A DNA stretch of 64,000 bases, taken from NCBI GenBank assembly GCA_017792405.1, contig CP051231.1:192626-256625 (forward strand), read 5' to 3'. How positions within the stretch are numbered: the stretch's first letter is position 1; each line of letters starts with the position of its first letter. Of the stretch, positions 10,215-20,589 are shown piece after piece. Under the pieces are notes generated by a model, which saw nothing but the letters and a program-made list of their open reading frames with translations, made no database searches and was not told the DNA's origin. A program made the position numbers and the translations under genes. This stretch comes from Oceanicola sp. GTDB lineage: Bacteria; Pseudomonadota; Alphaproteobacteria; Rhodobacterales; Rhodobacteraceae.

Positions 10215-10397
10215 ATCCGCCCAAGGGCGAGAATTGCGGCGCGCAGGTGATGCAAATTAGCCATTCGTTCTCACTTTTGCGGTTCATTAGAGGCCGCTGG
10301 AGCCGTTGATTCGCACTTAGTAGTTGATTCCAAAGGCCCGATTCGGGATGTTGAGGCAAAATAAGGCCAACGAGCAGTAACAATAAGGAATGCAGGC

Positions 10398-11099
10398 ATG
10401 TCGCGAATTGCCCTGGTCGACGACGACCGTAATATTCTGACATCGGTTTCGATGACTCTTGAGGCCGAGGGCTTCGAGGTCGAAACCTACAATGACGGTC
10501 AGACCGCGCTGGACGCGTTCAACAAGAAACTTCCCGACATGGCGGTGCTCGACATCAAGATGCCACGGATGGACGGGATGGACCTGCTTCAGCGCCTGCG
10601 CCAGAAAACCACCATGCCGGTGATCTTCCTCACCTCCAAGGATGATGAGATCGACGAGGTGCTCGGCCTGCGCATGGGCGCCGACGACTATGTGAAGAAG
10701 CCCTTCTCCCAGCGCCTGCTGGTCGAGCGCATCCGCGCCCTGCTGCGCCGCCAGGAGGTGATCTCTGGAGACGGCCCGACCGAGGCGGAGACTGCACAGG
10801 TGATGGTGCGCGGCGAGCTGGTGATGGACCCGCTGCGCCACGCCGTGACCTGGAAGGGCATGGACGTTTCGCTCACCGTGACCGAGTTCCTCCTGCTTCA
10901 GGCCCTCGCCCAGCGCCCCGGCTTCGTGAAGAGCCGCGACCAGCTGATGGACGTGGCCTATGACGATCAGGTTTATGTTGACGACCGCACCATCGACAGC
11001 CACATCAAGCGCCTGCGCAAGAAGATGCGCTCGGTGGATGATGAGTTTTCCGCCATCGAAACCCTCTACGGCATCGGCTACCGCTACAACGAGGAGTAA
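10398..11099 (+). CDS. chvI: OmpR-family response regulator ChvI
   Basis: Receiver domain (LVDDD, LDIKMP, KPFS) plus winged helix ([11 protein letters not shown]). Divergent from pckA and upstream of chvG. Confidence 0.95.
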   Translation: MSRIALVDDDRNILTSVSMTLEAEGFEVETYNDGQTALDAFNKKLPDMAVLDIKMPRMDGMDLLQRLRQKTTMPVIFLTSKDDEIDEVLGLRMGADDYVKKPFSQRLLVERIRALLRRQEVISGDGPTEAETAQVMVRGELVMDPLRHAVTWKGMDVSLTVTEFLLLQALAQRPGFVKSRDQLMDVAYDDQVYVDDRTIDSHIKRLRKKMRSVDDEFSAIETLYGIGYRYNEE

Positions 11100-11117
11100 G
11101 CGAGGCTCGGGCAGGAG

Positions 11118-12815
11118 ATGGCTCCCGTGCGGGATACTGGCCAGACATATGAAGCGGATGTGGTCCTCGGCGAAGACTGGGAAAGCCCCCAGAGCGCCGA
11201 CCATGCCATGCGTGAAAAGCGGGCGCGCCGGGGCTTCCTGACGCTCAACCGCTCGCCGCTTGCCCGCAAGATCATCACCTTTAACCTTCTGGGCCTGCTG
11301 CTTCTGGTGGCAGGCGTCTTCTACCTGAACCCGTTCCGCGACAGCCTCGCTTTGCAGCGCGAGTCCGGCCTTCAGGCCGAGGCCCAGCTGATTGCCGATG
11401 TGTTCGAGGTTCAGCTCGGCGGCGACCCTGTGGCGCTGGATGCCAGCGGGGTGGATGCACAGGCCGTGGTGGACGGGCTCGATCTTTCATCTGGCGTCGA
11501 GGTGTTCGTTTTCGGGCAGGAAGAAACCATTCTGGGCTCCACCGTCGGCAGCGAGAACCGGAGCGCAGTGACCCAAGCGCAAAAAGAGCGCCGCACAGTC
11601 ATCACCGACTTCCTCAACGCGATCTGGGAGGGGATGTCCTCGATCTTCTCGACCCAGAGCGCCGATATCCCTGACGTGGACGCCGAGGGCCTCGCCCGCG
11701 CCATGGTGGCCGATGCAGCCACGGGCAAGACCACTGTGCGCACCGGCTCCAACGCTGCGGGCGGCACGATCTTTTCGGTGGCAACGCCGGTGATCGTTGG
11801 CAATCAGGTGGTGGGCGTGGTCGCCATCACCTCGGCGCAGGGCGAGATCGACACACTGGTGCGCTCCGAGCGCGAGCAGGTGCTGCAGATGTTTGTCATC
11901 GCCATCCTCGTTTCCATCGGCCTGTCGCTGCTGCTGGCCTCCACCATCGCCAACCCCATCGCCGACCTGGCCTCCGCCGCTGAGATCGGCCGCGAGAAGG
12001 GCGGGCAGAAGATGAGCCCCAACCGGGTGCGCATCCCCGACCTCACCGGCCGCCCCGACGAGATCGGCCGCTTGTCGGGCGCGCTGCGGGGCATGGTGGC
12101 TGCGCTCTACGACCGGATCGACGCGAATGAACAGTTCGCCGCTGATGTCAGTCACGAGATCAAGAACCCGCTGGCGAGCCTGCGCTCTGCCGTCAGCTCG
12201 ATGCGGGTGGCCAAACGCGACGACCAGCGCCAGAAGCTGCTCGACGTGATCGAGCATGACGTGCGCCGCCTCGACCGCCTCGTTTCCGACATCTCCAACG
12301 CCTCGCGGCTCGACAGTGAGCTGGTGAAGGAAGAGGAAGAGAGCTTCGACCTGCTGAAGATGCTGGGCAACCTGACCGAGTATCTCGGCGGAGAGGCGCA
12401 GAGGAAGGGCGTCGAATTCATCACCGATGTACCCCGGCAGCCGATCCGGATCACCGGCCTCGAGGCGCGCTTGGCGCAGGTCTTCGTGAACCTGATCACC
12501 AACGCGCTCTCCTTCTGCGAGGAGGGCGATGCCGTGCGGGTCTGGGTCCGCCGACGCGAAAACCGCGTGCTGGTGGTGGTCGAGGATACTGGCCCCGGCA
12601 TCCCCGAGCAGGCCTTGACCAAGGTGTTCAACCGTTTCTACTCCGAGCGGCCCGAGGGCCAGTTCGGCGATCACTCCGGCCTCGGCCTTGCGATCTCCAA
12701 GCAGATCGTCGAAGCCCATGGCGGTGTGATTTGGGCCGAGAACATCCGGCCCACCCATGACGACATCACCTCCGAGCCGCTCGGCGCACGCTTCGTGGTG
12801 GGCCTGCCCGTCTGA
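11118..12815 (+). CDS. chvG: Sensor histidine kinase ChvG
   Basis: Two TM helices, HAMP, SHEIKNPL H-box, and NLITNA, DTGPG and GLGL boxes. Confidence 0.93.
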   Translation: MAPVRDTGQTYEADVVLGEDWESPQSADHAMREKRARRGFLTLNRSPLARKIITFNLLGLLLLVAGVFYLNPFRDSLALQRESGLQAEAQLIADVFEVQLGGDPVALDASGVDAQAVVDGLDLSSGVEVFVFGQEETILGSTVGSENRSAVTQAQKERRTVITDFLNAIWEGMSSIFSTQSADIPDVDAEGLARAMVADAATGKTTVRTGSNAAGGTIFSVATPVIVGNQVVGVVAITSAQGEIDTLVRSEREQVLQMFVIAILVSIGLSLLLASTIANPIADLASAAEIGREKGGQKMSPNRVRIPDLTGRPDEIGRLSGALRGMVAALYDRIDANEQFAADVSHEIKNPLASLRSAVSSMRVAKRDDQRQKLLDVIEHDVRRLDRLVSDISNASRLDSELVKEEEESFDLLKMLGNLTEYLGGEAQRKGVEFITDVPRQPIRITGLEARLAQVFVNLITNALSFCEEGDAVRVWVRRRENRVLVVVEDTGPGIPEQALTKVFNRFYSERPEGQFGDHSGLGLAISKQIVEAHGGVIWAENIRPTHDDITSEPLGARFVVGLPV

Positions 12816-12849
12816 CAGCTGCCCGGAGGCCAGCGCAGGACAGTCCCCG

Positions 12850-13314
12850 ATGGCCGGGCCGCAGAAGACAGAAGACCCCTTCTTTCACGCCAGCGCAGTG
12901 GCCTTTGGCGCGCGCGGGGTGCTGATCCTCGGACCATCGGGCGCGGGCAAATCGGCACTCGCGGTGGAGTTGGTCTCTCGCGGAGGACGGCTTGTAGGCG
13001 ACGACAGGTTGATGATCTCAGGCGCCGGCGGCGTGCTCACCGCACGGCCAAGGCCCGGCTTCGAGGGGCAGATAGAGTGCCGGGGAGTGGGCCTTCTCAC
13101 CGTGCCGTGCGTGCCAGAAGCCGAGATCGTGCTTGTGGTGGACGCGGGCCGGGTGGAGCGTGACAGGCTACCGCCAGCGCGCGAGATATTCCTCTTCGGG
13201 TGCAGTCTTCCCTTGCTTCACCGCGCAGAGGGGGCGCAGTTTCCGGCAGCGGTGCATCTGATGCTGACCGGCAGCCATATCAACAGCGACCCCAAGGAGC
13301 CTCCGGCCCGATGA
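12850..13314 (+). CDS. hprK: HPr kinase/phosphorylase (short alphaproteobacterial form)
   Basis: [13 protein letters not shown] Walker A, LVGDD and IECRGVG. Start set at 12850. Confidence 0.85.
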   Translation: MAGPQKTEDPFFHASAVAFGARGVLILGPSGAGKSALAVELVSRGGRLVGDDRLMISGAGGVLTARPRPGFEGQIECRGVGLLTVPCVPEAEIVLVVDAGRVERDRLPPAREIFLFGCSLPLLHRAEGAQFPAAVHLMLTGSHINSDPKEPPAR

Positions 13315-14270
13315 CCGACACGACTGACACCGCCTCTGCCGAAACAGGCCTGCCACATGGTGCGGCGGTGCAACGTCTGGTGCTGGTCACAGGACCTGCA
13401 GGGGCGGGCCGCAGCACGGCGGTGAGGGTGTTGGAAGATCTCGGCTATGAAGCGATCGACAACCTGCCACTCTCTCTGATCCCGCGGCTGCTGGAAGGCG
13501 CGCCGCGCGGCGGAGCGCTTGCCCTCGGAATCGACAGCCGCAACCGTGAGTTCGACCCGCCACATCTGCTCCACCTTCTCTCCCAGCTCGATGCCCGACC
13601 AGACCTCGCCCACGAGGTGCTCTACCTCGACTGCCAACCAGAGGTTCTGCTGCGTCGCTACTCCGAGACCCGACGCCGCCACCCGCTTGCTCCCTCCGAA
13701 AGCCCCGAAGAGGGCATCCGGCGAGATTTCGAGCTGCTCTCGGGCATCCGCGACCGTGCCGATGTGCTGATCGATACCTCCGATCTGTCGATCCATGACC
13801 TGCGTGAGGAGCTGGGGCGGTTGTTTTCGCTGGAGGCGACGGTGCGGCTTGGGGTGGCGGTCCAGAGCTTTTCCTACAAGCGCGGCCTGCCGCACGGGCT
13901 CGACATGGTGTTCGACTGCCGGTTCCTCAACAACCCGCATTGGCAGCACGATCTGCGGCCACTGGATGGGCGCGACCCGGCGGTGGTGGCCTATGTCGAG
14001 GCCGACCCGCGCTTCGCGGAGTTTCACAACCGCGTGCGGGGGCTTGTAGACATGCTGCTTCCGGCCTTTGTAGAGGAAGGCAAATCGCACCTCTCGATCG
14101 GGTTCGGCTGTACTGGCGGCAAGCATCGCTCTGTTGCCCTCACGGAACGGTTCGGGAAAGAGCTTGCAGGTGCCGGATGGCGCGTGTCTATTCGGCATCG
14201 GGAAATCGAACGACGGGCAGGGGATCGGGCGGCAGGGCCGCCTTCCGTCATTTTGGGGAACAAGGCGTGA
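13311..14270 (+). CDS. rapZ: RNase adapter RapZ
   Basis: [42 protein letters not shown] and [14 protein letters not shown] overlap with hprK. Confidence 0.93.
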   Translation: MTDTTDTASAETGLPHGAAVQRLVLVTGPAGAGRSTAVRVLEDLGYEAIDNLPLSLIPRLLEGAPRGGALALGIDSRNREFDPPHLLHLLSQLDARPDLAHEVLYLDCQPEVLLRRYSETRRRHPLAPSESPEEGIRRDFELLSGIRDRADVLIDTSDLSIHDLREELGRLFSLEATVRLGVAVQSFSYKRGLPHGLDMVFDCRFLNNPHWQHDLRPLDGRDPAVVAYVEADPRFAEFHNRVRGLVDMLLPAFVEEGKSHLSIGFGCTGGKHRSVALTERFGKELAGAGWRVSIRHREIERRAGDRAAGPPSVILGNKA

Positions 14271-14659
14271 TCGGTATCGTGATCGTGGCACATGGTGGGC
14301 TGGCGAAGGAATACCTCGCCGCCGTAGAGCACGTCGTGGGCGAGCAGGACGGAATCCGCGCCATCACGATAGCCGCCGACTGTAACAGGACCAACAAGCA
14401 GACCGAGATTTGCGCCGCCGCCGATGCTGTAGATGACGGCTCGGGCGTGGTGGTGGTGACCGATATGTTTGGCGGCTCGCCCTCCAACCTGTCGCTGCTG
14501 GCCTGCCAGCCCGAGAACCGCAAGATTCTCTACGGCGCGAACCTGCCCATGCTGGTGAAACTCGCCAAATCCCGCCATCTAAGGGTGGAGGATGCGGTAA
14601 ATTGCGCAATGGCGGCAGGGCGTAAATACATAAACAGCTATGACGGTGGAGTCGTCTGA
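14267..14659 (+). CDS. PTS EIIA component, mannose/fructose family
   Basis: [12 protein letters not shown] (phospho-His), [10 protein letters not shown] and GANLPML. GTGA overlap with rapZ. Confidence 0.92.
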   Translation: MIGIVIVAHGGLAKEYLAAVEHVVGEQDGIRAITIAADCNRTNKQTEICAAADAVDDGSGVVVVTDMFGGSPSNLSLLACQPENRKILYGANLPMLVKLAKSRHLRVEDAVNCAMAAGRKYINSYDGGVV

Positions 14660-14671
14660 GGCGGAGTGGGG

Positions 14672-14941
14672 ATGTCGGTGCAACGCTTGGAAATCGTGAA
14701 CGAAAAAGGGCTGCACGCCCGCGCATCTGCCAAGTTCGTCGAGACCGTCGAACAGTTCGACGCCGAGGCCGATGTGTCAAAGGACGGGCTCTCTACCGGG
14801 GGCGACAGCATCATGGGGCTTTTGATGTTGGCAGCGTCCAAGGGAACCTTTATTGAGGTCGAAACCCGCGGAGCCCAGGCAGAAGAGCTGGCAACCGCCC
14901 TTGCAGAGCTGGTGGCCGACAAGTTCGGCGAAGGCATCTGA
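14672..14941 (+). CDS. ptsH: HPr/NPr phosphocarrier protein
   Basis: GLHARASAKF (His15) and DSIMGLLML (Ser46). Confidence 0.93.
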   Translation: MSVQRLEIVNEKGLHARASAKFVETVEQFDAEADVSKDGLSTGGDSIMGLLMLAASKGTFIEVETRGAQAEELATALAELVADKFGEGI

Positions 14942-14996
14942 GAGACGAGAGCAGGGAGGCACGGCCCTCTTGGTGGAAAGTTACCAACCCAAAACG

Positions 14997-15905
14997 ATGA
15001 ACCTGAGGCGCCCGCGCCGTGGGCTTGATCTGCCCGTTGGCGGTGCCGCGACGCAGCCCGAGTCCGAGGCGCTGAACGATGCGCCCTATGACCGCCGTCG
15101 CCTGAGCTATGCCAACACCTTCCCCAACCCGCTCCAGGCCAATTTCATCCGGGTGATGGAGTGGGCGACCGCCAAGCTGCGGTTGCTCCGCCTGATCCGC
15201 CGATTCGAGGCGCTGGGCGTGCCGCACGGGCAGGGCTTCTGGGCACAGGCACTGGGCGTGATGGGGATCAAGCTGACCACGCCACAGGCGCAGATCGACA
15301 ACATCCCCGAGACCGGGCCGCTGGTGATCGTCGCCAACCACCCGCACGGGCTGGTCGATGGCATGGTGCTGGCCGAGCTGATCGGTCGTCGTCGGACCGA
15401 CTACAAGATCCTGACCCGCTCGCTACTGACAGGTGTGGCCGAGATCGACGACTTCATGATCCCGGTGCCCTTTCCGCATGAACCGGACGCGCTGGAGCGC
15501 AATCTGGAAATGCGGAAGAAGGCGAACGACCACCTCAAGCAGGGCGGTTGCGTCGTGCTTTTCCCGGCGGGCGAGGTGGCCTCGGCCAAAACATGGTTCG
15601 GCCCGGCCATCGAGAAGGAATGGCACGCCTTCACGGCCAAGATGGTGCTCCGTTCCGAGGCCAAGGTGCTGCCAATCTACTTTCAGGGGCAAAACAGCCG
15701 CTGGTACCAGATCGCCAACAAGCTAAGTGCTGTGCTGCGGCAGAGCCTTCTGTTGTATGAAGTGCGCCACGCGCTGAACAAGCCGCAGGCCCCGGTGGTC
15801 GGCGAACCGATCGGTCGTGACGAGATTGACGCCCGCAAGGATAACCCGCGCGGCTTCATCAAGTGGTTGCGGGAACAGACGCTGGCGCTCAAACCTGCCA
15901 AGTAG
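14997..15905 (+). CDS. Lysophospholipid acyltransferase family protein
   Basis: ANHPHGLVDG and FPAGEV acyltransferase motifs. The start is uncertain. Confidence 0.8.
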   Translation: MNLRRPRRGLDLPVGGAATQPESEALNDAPYDRRRLSYANTFPNPLQANFIRVMEWATAKLRLLRLIRRFEALGVPHGQGFWAQALGVMGIKLTTPQAQIDNIPETGPLVIVANHPHGLVDGMVLAELIGRRRTDYKILTRSLLTGVAEIDDFMIPVPFPHEPDALERNLEMRKKANDHLKQGGCVVLFPAGEVASAKTWFGPAIEKEWHAFTAKMVLRSEAKVLPIYFQGQNSRWYQIANKLSAVLRQSLLLYEVRHALNKPQAPVVGEPIGRDEIDARKDNPRGFIKWLREQTLALKPAK

Positions 15906-15936
15906 CGGGCTTTTGAAGAGAATTCGTCGGAAGTTG

Positions 15937-15956
15937 AGAGCCTTCTCGAAGGCTCT
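15937..15956. terminator. Hairpin between convergent genes (probably a bidirectional terminator)
   Basis: AGAGCCTT-CTCG-AAGGCTCT perfect stem between the acyltransferase and hbd stop codons. Confidence 0.6.
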
Positions 15957-16832
15957 TTACCGCGTGGGCACCGGCTCCTCGCCGCGGTAGTCGTAGAACC
16001 CACGTTGGGTTTTGCGGCCCAGCCAGCCGGCCTCGACGTATTTGGTGAGCAGTGGGCAGGGGCGATACTTGGTGTCGGCCAGCCCGTCGTGCAGCACGTT
16101 CATGATGGCGAGGCATGTATCCAGCCCGATGAAATCGGCCAGTTCCAGCGGGCCCATCGGGTGGTTGGCGCCGAGCTTCATGGCCATGTCGATCGACTTC
16201 ACGTTGCCCACGCCTTCGTAGAGCACATAGACCGCCTCGTTGATCATCGGCATCAGGATGCGGTTCACGATGAAGGCCGGGAAGTCCTCGGCCGAGGAGG
16301 CCGTCTTGCCCAGCTTGTCGACTACCTTGGCGCAGGCTTTGTAGGTGGCATCGTCGGTGGCGATGCCCCGGATCAACTCGACGAGCTGCATGACCGGTAC
16401 CGGGTTCATGAAGTGGAACCCCATGAACTTTTCGGGGCGGTCGGTTCGCGAGGCGAGCCGGGTGATGGAGATCGAAGAGGTGTTGGACGACAGGATCGTG
16501 TGCGATGCCAGATGCGGCACGAGGTCTTCGAAGATCGCGGTCTTGATGGTCTCACGCTCGGTGGCGGCCTCGATGATCAGGTCGGAGGGACCCAGATCGG
16601 TGAGCGTGAGCGTCGAAGAAATGCGACCCAAGGCAGCATCACGCTCCTCAGCCGTGATCTTCTCGCGGCTGACCTGCCGGTCCATGTTTTTGGCGATGGT
16701 CCCGAGTGCCTTGTCGATCGCATCCTGTTTGATGTCATTCAGCTTCACGTCATAGCCCGCGAGCGCGAGCACATGGGCAATGCCATTGCCCATCTGTCCT
16801 GCGCCGACAACGCCGATGGTCTGGATGTCCAT
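15957..16832 (-). CDS. hbd: 3-hydroxybutyryl-CoA dehydrogenase
   Basis: GVVGAGQMG, IIEAATE, SNTSS, GFHFMNP, FIVNRIL and HPMGPLELADFIGLD. Start set at MDIQTIG (16832). Confidence 0.93.
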   Translation of the reverse strand: MDIQTIGVVGAGQMGNGIAHVLALAGYDVKLNDIKQDAIDKALGTIAKNMDRQVSREKITAEERDAALGRISSTLTLTDLGPSDLIIEAATERETIKTAIFEDLVPHLASHTILSSNTSSISITRLASRTDRPEKFMGFHFMNPVPVMQLVELIRGIATDDATYKACAKVVDKLGKTASSAEDFPAFIVNRILMPMINEAVYVLYEGVGNVKSIDMAMKLGANHPMGPLELADFIGLDTCLAIMNVLHDGLADTKYRPCPLLTKYVEAGWLGRKTQRGFYDYRGEEPVPTR

Positions 16833-16999
16833 GATAGCTACCCCGCTCTTGCTGGTCGCGGCGAGATTAGGGGCGCTGTGCAGCCGCAGCAAGAGCCGGG
16901 GACCAAAGAAATATCGGTCGAATTCGAAACTTTAGCAAAATCGCAAGGCCCATCGGTCAGGGTCGCCTCCGGGTGAAGAGAAATTTGTGAGGTGGTGGA

Positions 17000-17833
17000 A
17001 TGACCGTTGATACGACGGGTCAAAGTGCTCTGGACTATTTGCATTGTCGCTACGGCAAGTCACGGCTGCTGTTTCGCGGGCCGCGGCGCAAGCTGGATGG
17101 CCCCTATGTAGCCTTTTTCGGTGGCACCGAGACATATGGTAAATTCGTTGAAGACCCGTTTCCGGCGTTGGTCGAGGAGGCGACTGGCAGGCGCTGTGTC
17201 AACTTCGGTTGCCTCAATGCGGGGGCTGACCTCTATGTGAACGATCCCACCCTGATCGACGCTGCCACGGGGGCTGCGGTGACGGTGGTGCAGGTAATGG
17301 GCGCGCAGAACATGTCGAACCGGTTCTACGCGGTGCATCCCCGCCGGAATGATCGTTTCCTGCGGGCCTCCAGCCTGATGAAAACGGTGTTCCGCGAGGT
17401 GGACTTTACCGAGTTCAACTTCACCCGACACATGCTTTCGACGCTCAATCGCGTCAGCGCCGAGAAATACGGGATGGTGGTGGAAGAGCTGAAGTCGGCT
17501 TGGGTAGCACGGATGCAGACCATGCTGGCGCGGGTGCCGGGAAAGGTGGTGCTGCTCTGGGTGCGCGATGCCCGGACACCCAGCCGCGACGAGACCCACG
17601 ATTGCCTCGGAAACGACCCGCTTTTCGTGGATGAGGAGATGGTCGATATCCTCCGCCCGCAATTGGCTGATGTGGTAGAGATCACGCCGAGCGCAGCGGC
17701 CTGGCGGGCGGGCACTGCAGGCATGGTGTATTCCGAGATGGAGGCCCCCGCCGCCGCCGAGATGCCGGGGCCTGCTGTGCATGAGGAGATCGCCAGCGCG
17801 CTTTCGCCGGTCATCAGCACGCTGGTGAACTAG
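17000..17833 (+). CDS. DUF6473-like conserved protein
   Basis: CRYGKSRLLFRGP, FFGGTETYGKFV and VHPRRNDRF, recognised as a Rhodobacteraceae-type family. Confidence 0.7.
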   Translation: MTVDTTGQSALDYLHCRYGKSRLLFRGPRRKLDGPYVAFFGGTETYGKFVEDPFPALVEEATGRRCVNFGCLNAGADLYVNDPTLIDAATGAAVTVVQVMGAQNMSNRFYAVHPRRNDRFLRASSLMKTVFREVDFTEFNFTRHMLSTLNRVSAEKYGMVVEELKSAWVARMQTMLARVPGKVVLLWVRDARTPSRDETHDCLGNDPLFVDEEMVDILRPQLADVVEITPSAAAWRAGTAGMVYSEMEAPAAAEMPGPAVHEEIASALSPVISTLVN

Positions 17834-17840
17834 TCCGCCC

Positions 17841-17874
17841 CAAAGCAGAAAGGCCCGCCATTGGGGCGGGCCTT
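17841..17874 (-). terminator. Rho-independent terminator of etfBA
   Basis: AAGGCCCGCC/GGCGGGCCTT 10-bp stem, followed on the minus strand by TCTGCTTTG. Confidence 0.7.
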
Positions 17875-17913
17875 CGCGTGTTCTGAAAGCGGCTCAGGCC
17901 GCCCGCGATGTGC

Positions 17914-18840
17914 TCAGAGCTTTTCGATCAGCTCAGGCACAGCGGTGAAGAGGTCGGCCACCAGACCGTAGTCGGCGACCTGGAAGATCGGGGCCTCTTC
18001 GTCCTTGTTGATCGCGACGATGACCTTGGAGTCCTTCATGCCGGCGAGGTGCTGGATGGCACCGGAGATACCCACGGCGACGTAGAGCTCTGGGGCCACG
18101 ACCTTGCCGGTCTGACCGACCTGCCAATCGTTGGGCGCAAAGCCGGAGTCCACCGCGGCGCGCGAGGCACCCACGGCGGCACCGAGCTTGTCGGCCAGCT
18201 TTTCGATCAGGGCGAAGTCCTCTTCGGAGCCCACGCCCCGGCCGCCGGAAACGACGATGCCAGCCGAGGTCAGCTCGGGGCGATCGCTCTCGGCAACCTT
18301 GTCCTCGACCCATTCGGAGAGGCCGGGGTTCTCGGCGGCGCCGATGGTGTCAACGCCTGCCGCGCCGCCTTCGCCTGCGGCATCGAAGGTGGAGGTGCGG
18401 AAGGTGATGACCTTGGTCGCGTCCTTGGACTTCACGGTCTGGATCGCGTTGCCCGCGTAGATCGGGCGCTCGAAGGTGTCGGCATCGACCACGGCGGTGA
18501 CGTCCGAAAGGATCATCACGTCGAGCAGGGCCGCGACCCGGGGCATCACGTTTTTCGCATCGGTCGTGGCCGGGGCTACAATGTGCGAGTAGTCGCCCGC
18601 AAGGCTGACGATCAGCGCGGCGGTCGGCTCGGCGAGGCGGTGGCCCAGCGAGGCATCCTCGGCGACCAGCACCTTGGCCACGCCTTCGATCTTGGCGGCC
18701 TCGGCCCCTGCGGCAGAGGCGGAGGCCCCGGCACAGAGCACGGTCACGTCACCCAGCGATTTGGCGGCCGAGACGGCCTTGGCGGTGGCATCGACGGAGA
18801 GCGCCCCGTCGGTCACTTCGGCAAGCAGCAGAACGGCCAT
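17914..18840 (-). CDS. etfA: Electron transfer flavoprotein alpha subunit
   Basis: [21 protein letters not shown] and [12 protein letters not shown]. Confidence 0.97.
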   Translation of the reverse strand: MAVLLLAEVTDGALSVDATAKAVSAAKSLGDVTVLCAGASASAAGAEAAKIEGVAKVLVAEDASLGHRLAEPTAALIVSLAGDYSHIVAPATTDAKNVMPRVAALLDVMILSDVTAVVDADTFERPIYAGNAIQTVKSKDATKVITFRTSTFDAAGEGGAAGVDTIGAAENPGLSEWVEDKVAESDRPELTSAGIVVSGGRGVGSEEDFALIEKLADKLGAAVGASRAAVDSGFAPNDWQVGQTGKVVAPELYVAVGISGAIQHLAGMKDSKVIVAINKDEEAPIFQVADYGLVADLFTAVPELIEKL

Positions 18841-19598
18841 CAGACGATCCCCTTCTCTTTGAGTTTAGCCACCAGCGTGTCGACATCGGGTACGATCTCG
18901 CCGGCCTGGCGGGTTTCGGGCTCGGAGGTCTTCACGATCTCCAGACGCGGCGACACGTCGACGCCGTAGTCGGCGGCGGTCTTCTCATCCAGCGGCTTCT
19001 TCTTGGCCTTCATGATGTTGGGCAGCGAAGCGTAGCGCGGCTCGTTGAGGCGCAGGTCCACGGTGACGATGGCGGGCATCTTCACCTTGATGGTCTGCAG
19101 GCCGCCGTCGACCTCGCGGGTCACCACGGCGCTGTCACCCTCGACCTTCACCTCGGAGGCAAAGGTGGCCTGGCTCCAGCCCAGCAGCGCAGAGAGCATC
19201 TGGCCGGTGGCGTTCATGTCGTTGTCGATGGCCTGCTTGCCAGCGAGCACGAGGCCCGGCTGCTCTTCGTCGATCACGGCCTTGAGAATCTTGGCTACGG
19301 CGAGTGGCTCGATGTCCTGGTGCACGTCATCGGCGGCGACAACGAGAATGGCCCGGTCAGCGCCCATAGCGAGGGCGGTTCGGAGCGTTTCCTGCGCCTG
19401 CTTCACGCCGATGGAAACGGCCACCACCTCTTCGGCGGTCCCGGCCTCCTTCAGTCGGATCGCCTCTTCGACGGCGATCTCGTCGAAGGGGTTCATCGAC
19501 ATTTTCACGTTGGCAAGATCGACACCGGAACCATCCGATTTCACACGGACCTTCACGTTGTAGTCGATCACCCGTTTCACAGGCACAAGTACCTTCAT
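18840..19598 (-). CDS. etfB: Electron transfer flavoprotein beta subunit
   Basis: [27 protein letters not shown] and [18 protein letters not shown]. Confidence 0.97.
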   Translation of the reverse strand: MKVLVPVKRVIDYNVKVRVKSDGSGVDLANVKMSMNPFDEIAVEEAIRLKEAGTAEEVVAVSIGVKQAQETLRTALAMGADRAILVVAADDVHQDIEPLAVAKILKAVIDEEQPGLVLAGKQAIDNDMNATGQMLSALLGWSQATFASEVKVEGDSAVVTREVDGGLQTIKVKMPAIVTVDLRLNEPRYASLPNIMKAKKKPLDEKTAADYGVDVSPRLEIVKTSEPETRQAGEIVPDVDTLVAKLKEKGIV

Positions 19599-19724
19599 GG
19601 GGTCTCTCTCCTCGCGTCAGGGGCGGCTGCACCGCCCGGATTGGGGCATTTGTTAGCGGAGGTTGCGGCCCGCTTACAGGGCAAAATCGCCGCAATCCGG
19701 CCAGCCGACGCCGCGTTTTGCGAC

Positions 19725-19736
19725 GTTAGCGCAAAC
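19725..19736. promoter_or_regulatory. LacI-type operator-like site upstream of etfB
   Basis: GTTAGCGCAAAC, an 11/12 match to the palindrome GTTAGCGCTAAC. Confidence 0.45.
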
Positions 19737-19746
19737 GATTGCGGCC

Positions 19747-20319
19747 TCAGCGGCTGCCGCCGGGCACCCAGAGCACATCTTCTCCGCCATTGGCCACGCG
19801 GGCGGCGACGAAGAACCAGTCGCTGAGGCGATTCAGATAGCGGATGGCGAAGGGGTTCACATCGCCCGGCTCGGCCTCGGCCAGTTCGGTCGCCAGACGC
19901 TCGGCGCGGCGGCAGGTGGTGCGGGCGAGGTGGAGGTGCGCGGCCAGTGGGGTGCCGCCGGGCAGGATGAAGCTGCGCAAGGCTTCGAGGCCGGCGTTCA
20001 TGGTGTCGATTTCCGTCTCCAGCCTAGTGACCTGCGCCTCGATCATCCGCAGCGGCGGGTACTCGGCCTTGTCGTCCTCGTCGATTCCCGGGCGGCAGAG
20101 ATCGGCGCCGAGGTCGAACAGGTCATTCTGAATCGTTGCAAGCTGAGCATCCATCTCGCCCTCGGAGTGAAGGCGGGCGAGACCGACAACCGAGTTGAGC
20201 TCGTCGGAGGTGCCGTAGGCTGCGACGCGCGGGGAATGCTTGGCCACGCGGTCGCCGGTGCCCAGGGCGGTATCGCCCTTGTCGCCCGTGCGGGTGTAGA
20301 TCTTGTTCAGAACAACCAT
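19747..20319 (-). CDS. Cob(I)alamin adenosyltransferase, PduO type
   Basis: KIYTRTGDKG, YGTSDELNS, FILPGG, CRRAER and YLNRLSDWFF. Confidence 0.93.
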   Translation of the reverse strand: MVVLNKIYTRTGDKGDTALGTGDRVAKHSPRVAAYGTSDELNSVVGLARLHSEGEMDAQLATIQNDLFDLGADLCRPGIDEDDKAEYPPLRMIEAQVTRLETEIDTMNAGLEALRSFILPGGTPLAAHLHLARTTCRRAERLATELAEAEPGDVNPFAIRYLNRLSDWFFVAARVANGGEDVLWVPGGSR

Positions 20320-20320
20320 G

Positions 20321-20524
20321 TCAGCCTCCCCTGCGCAGCCAGACGAAGAGCAGGATCAGAACGATGGCCACCGCCTGCGCCCCGATCCGCCAACGCATCA
20401 CCTTGTTGGCATGCTTCTTGTTGAAATCGCCACCCTTGGCGAAGCCCCCGATCCCGAAGAGCAGGATGCCCACCACCACGAGGCAAGCAACGGCAACGAT
20501 TATGAAAAGCGGGTCGTTTGTCAT
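20321..20524 (-). CDS. Twin-transmembrane-helix small protein (HIG1-like)
   Basis: Two hydrophobic helices around NKVMRWRIGAQ. Confidence 0.85.
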   Translation of the reverse strand: MTNDPLFIIVAVACLVVVGILLFGIGGFAKGGDFNKKHANKVMRWRIGAQAVAIVLILLFVWLRRGG

Positions 20525-20589
20525 CTAAGTCTCCGGCGTTTGGCCTCACTTAGCCCGGCCACGGGGGAATGCGAAGGTGACAGCCTGCC

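Noticed and set aside
10398-14941. chvI-chvG-hprK-rapZ-EIIA-HPr cluster, including the short HprK and the Arg in the RapZ Walker A motif
   Set aside because: A well-known conserved alphaproteobacterial arrangement; these variants are typical of the group.
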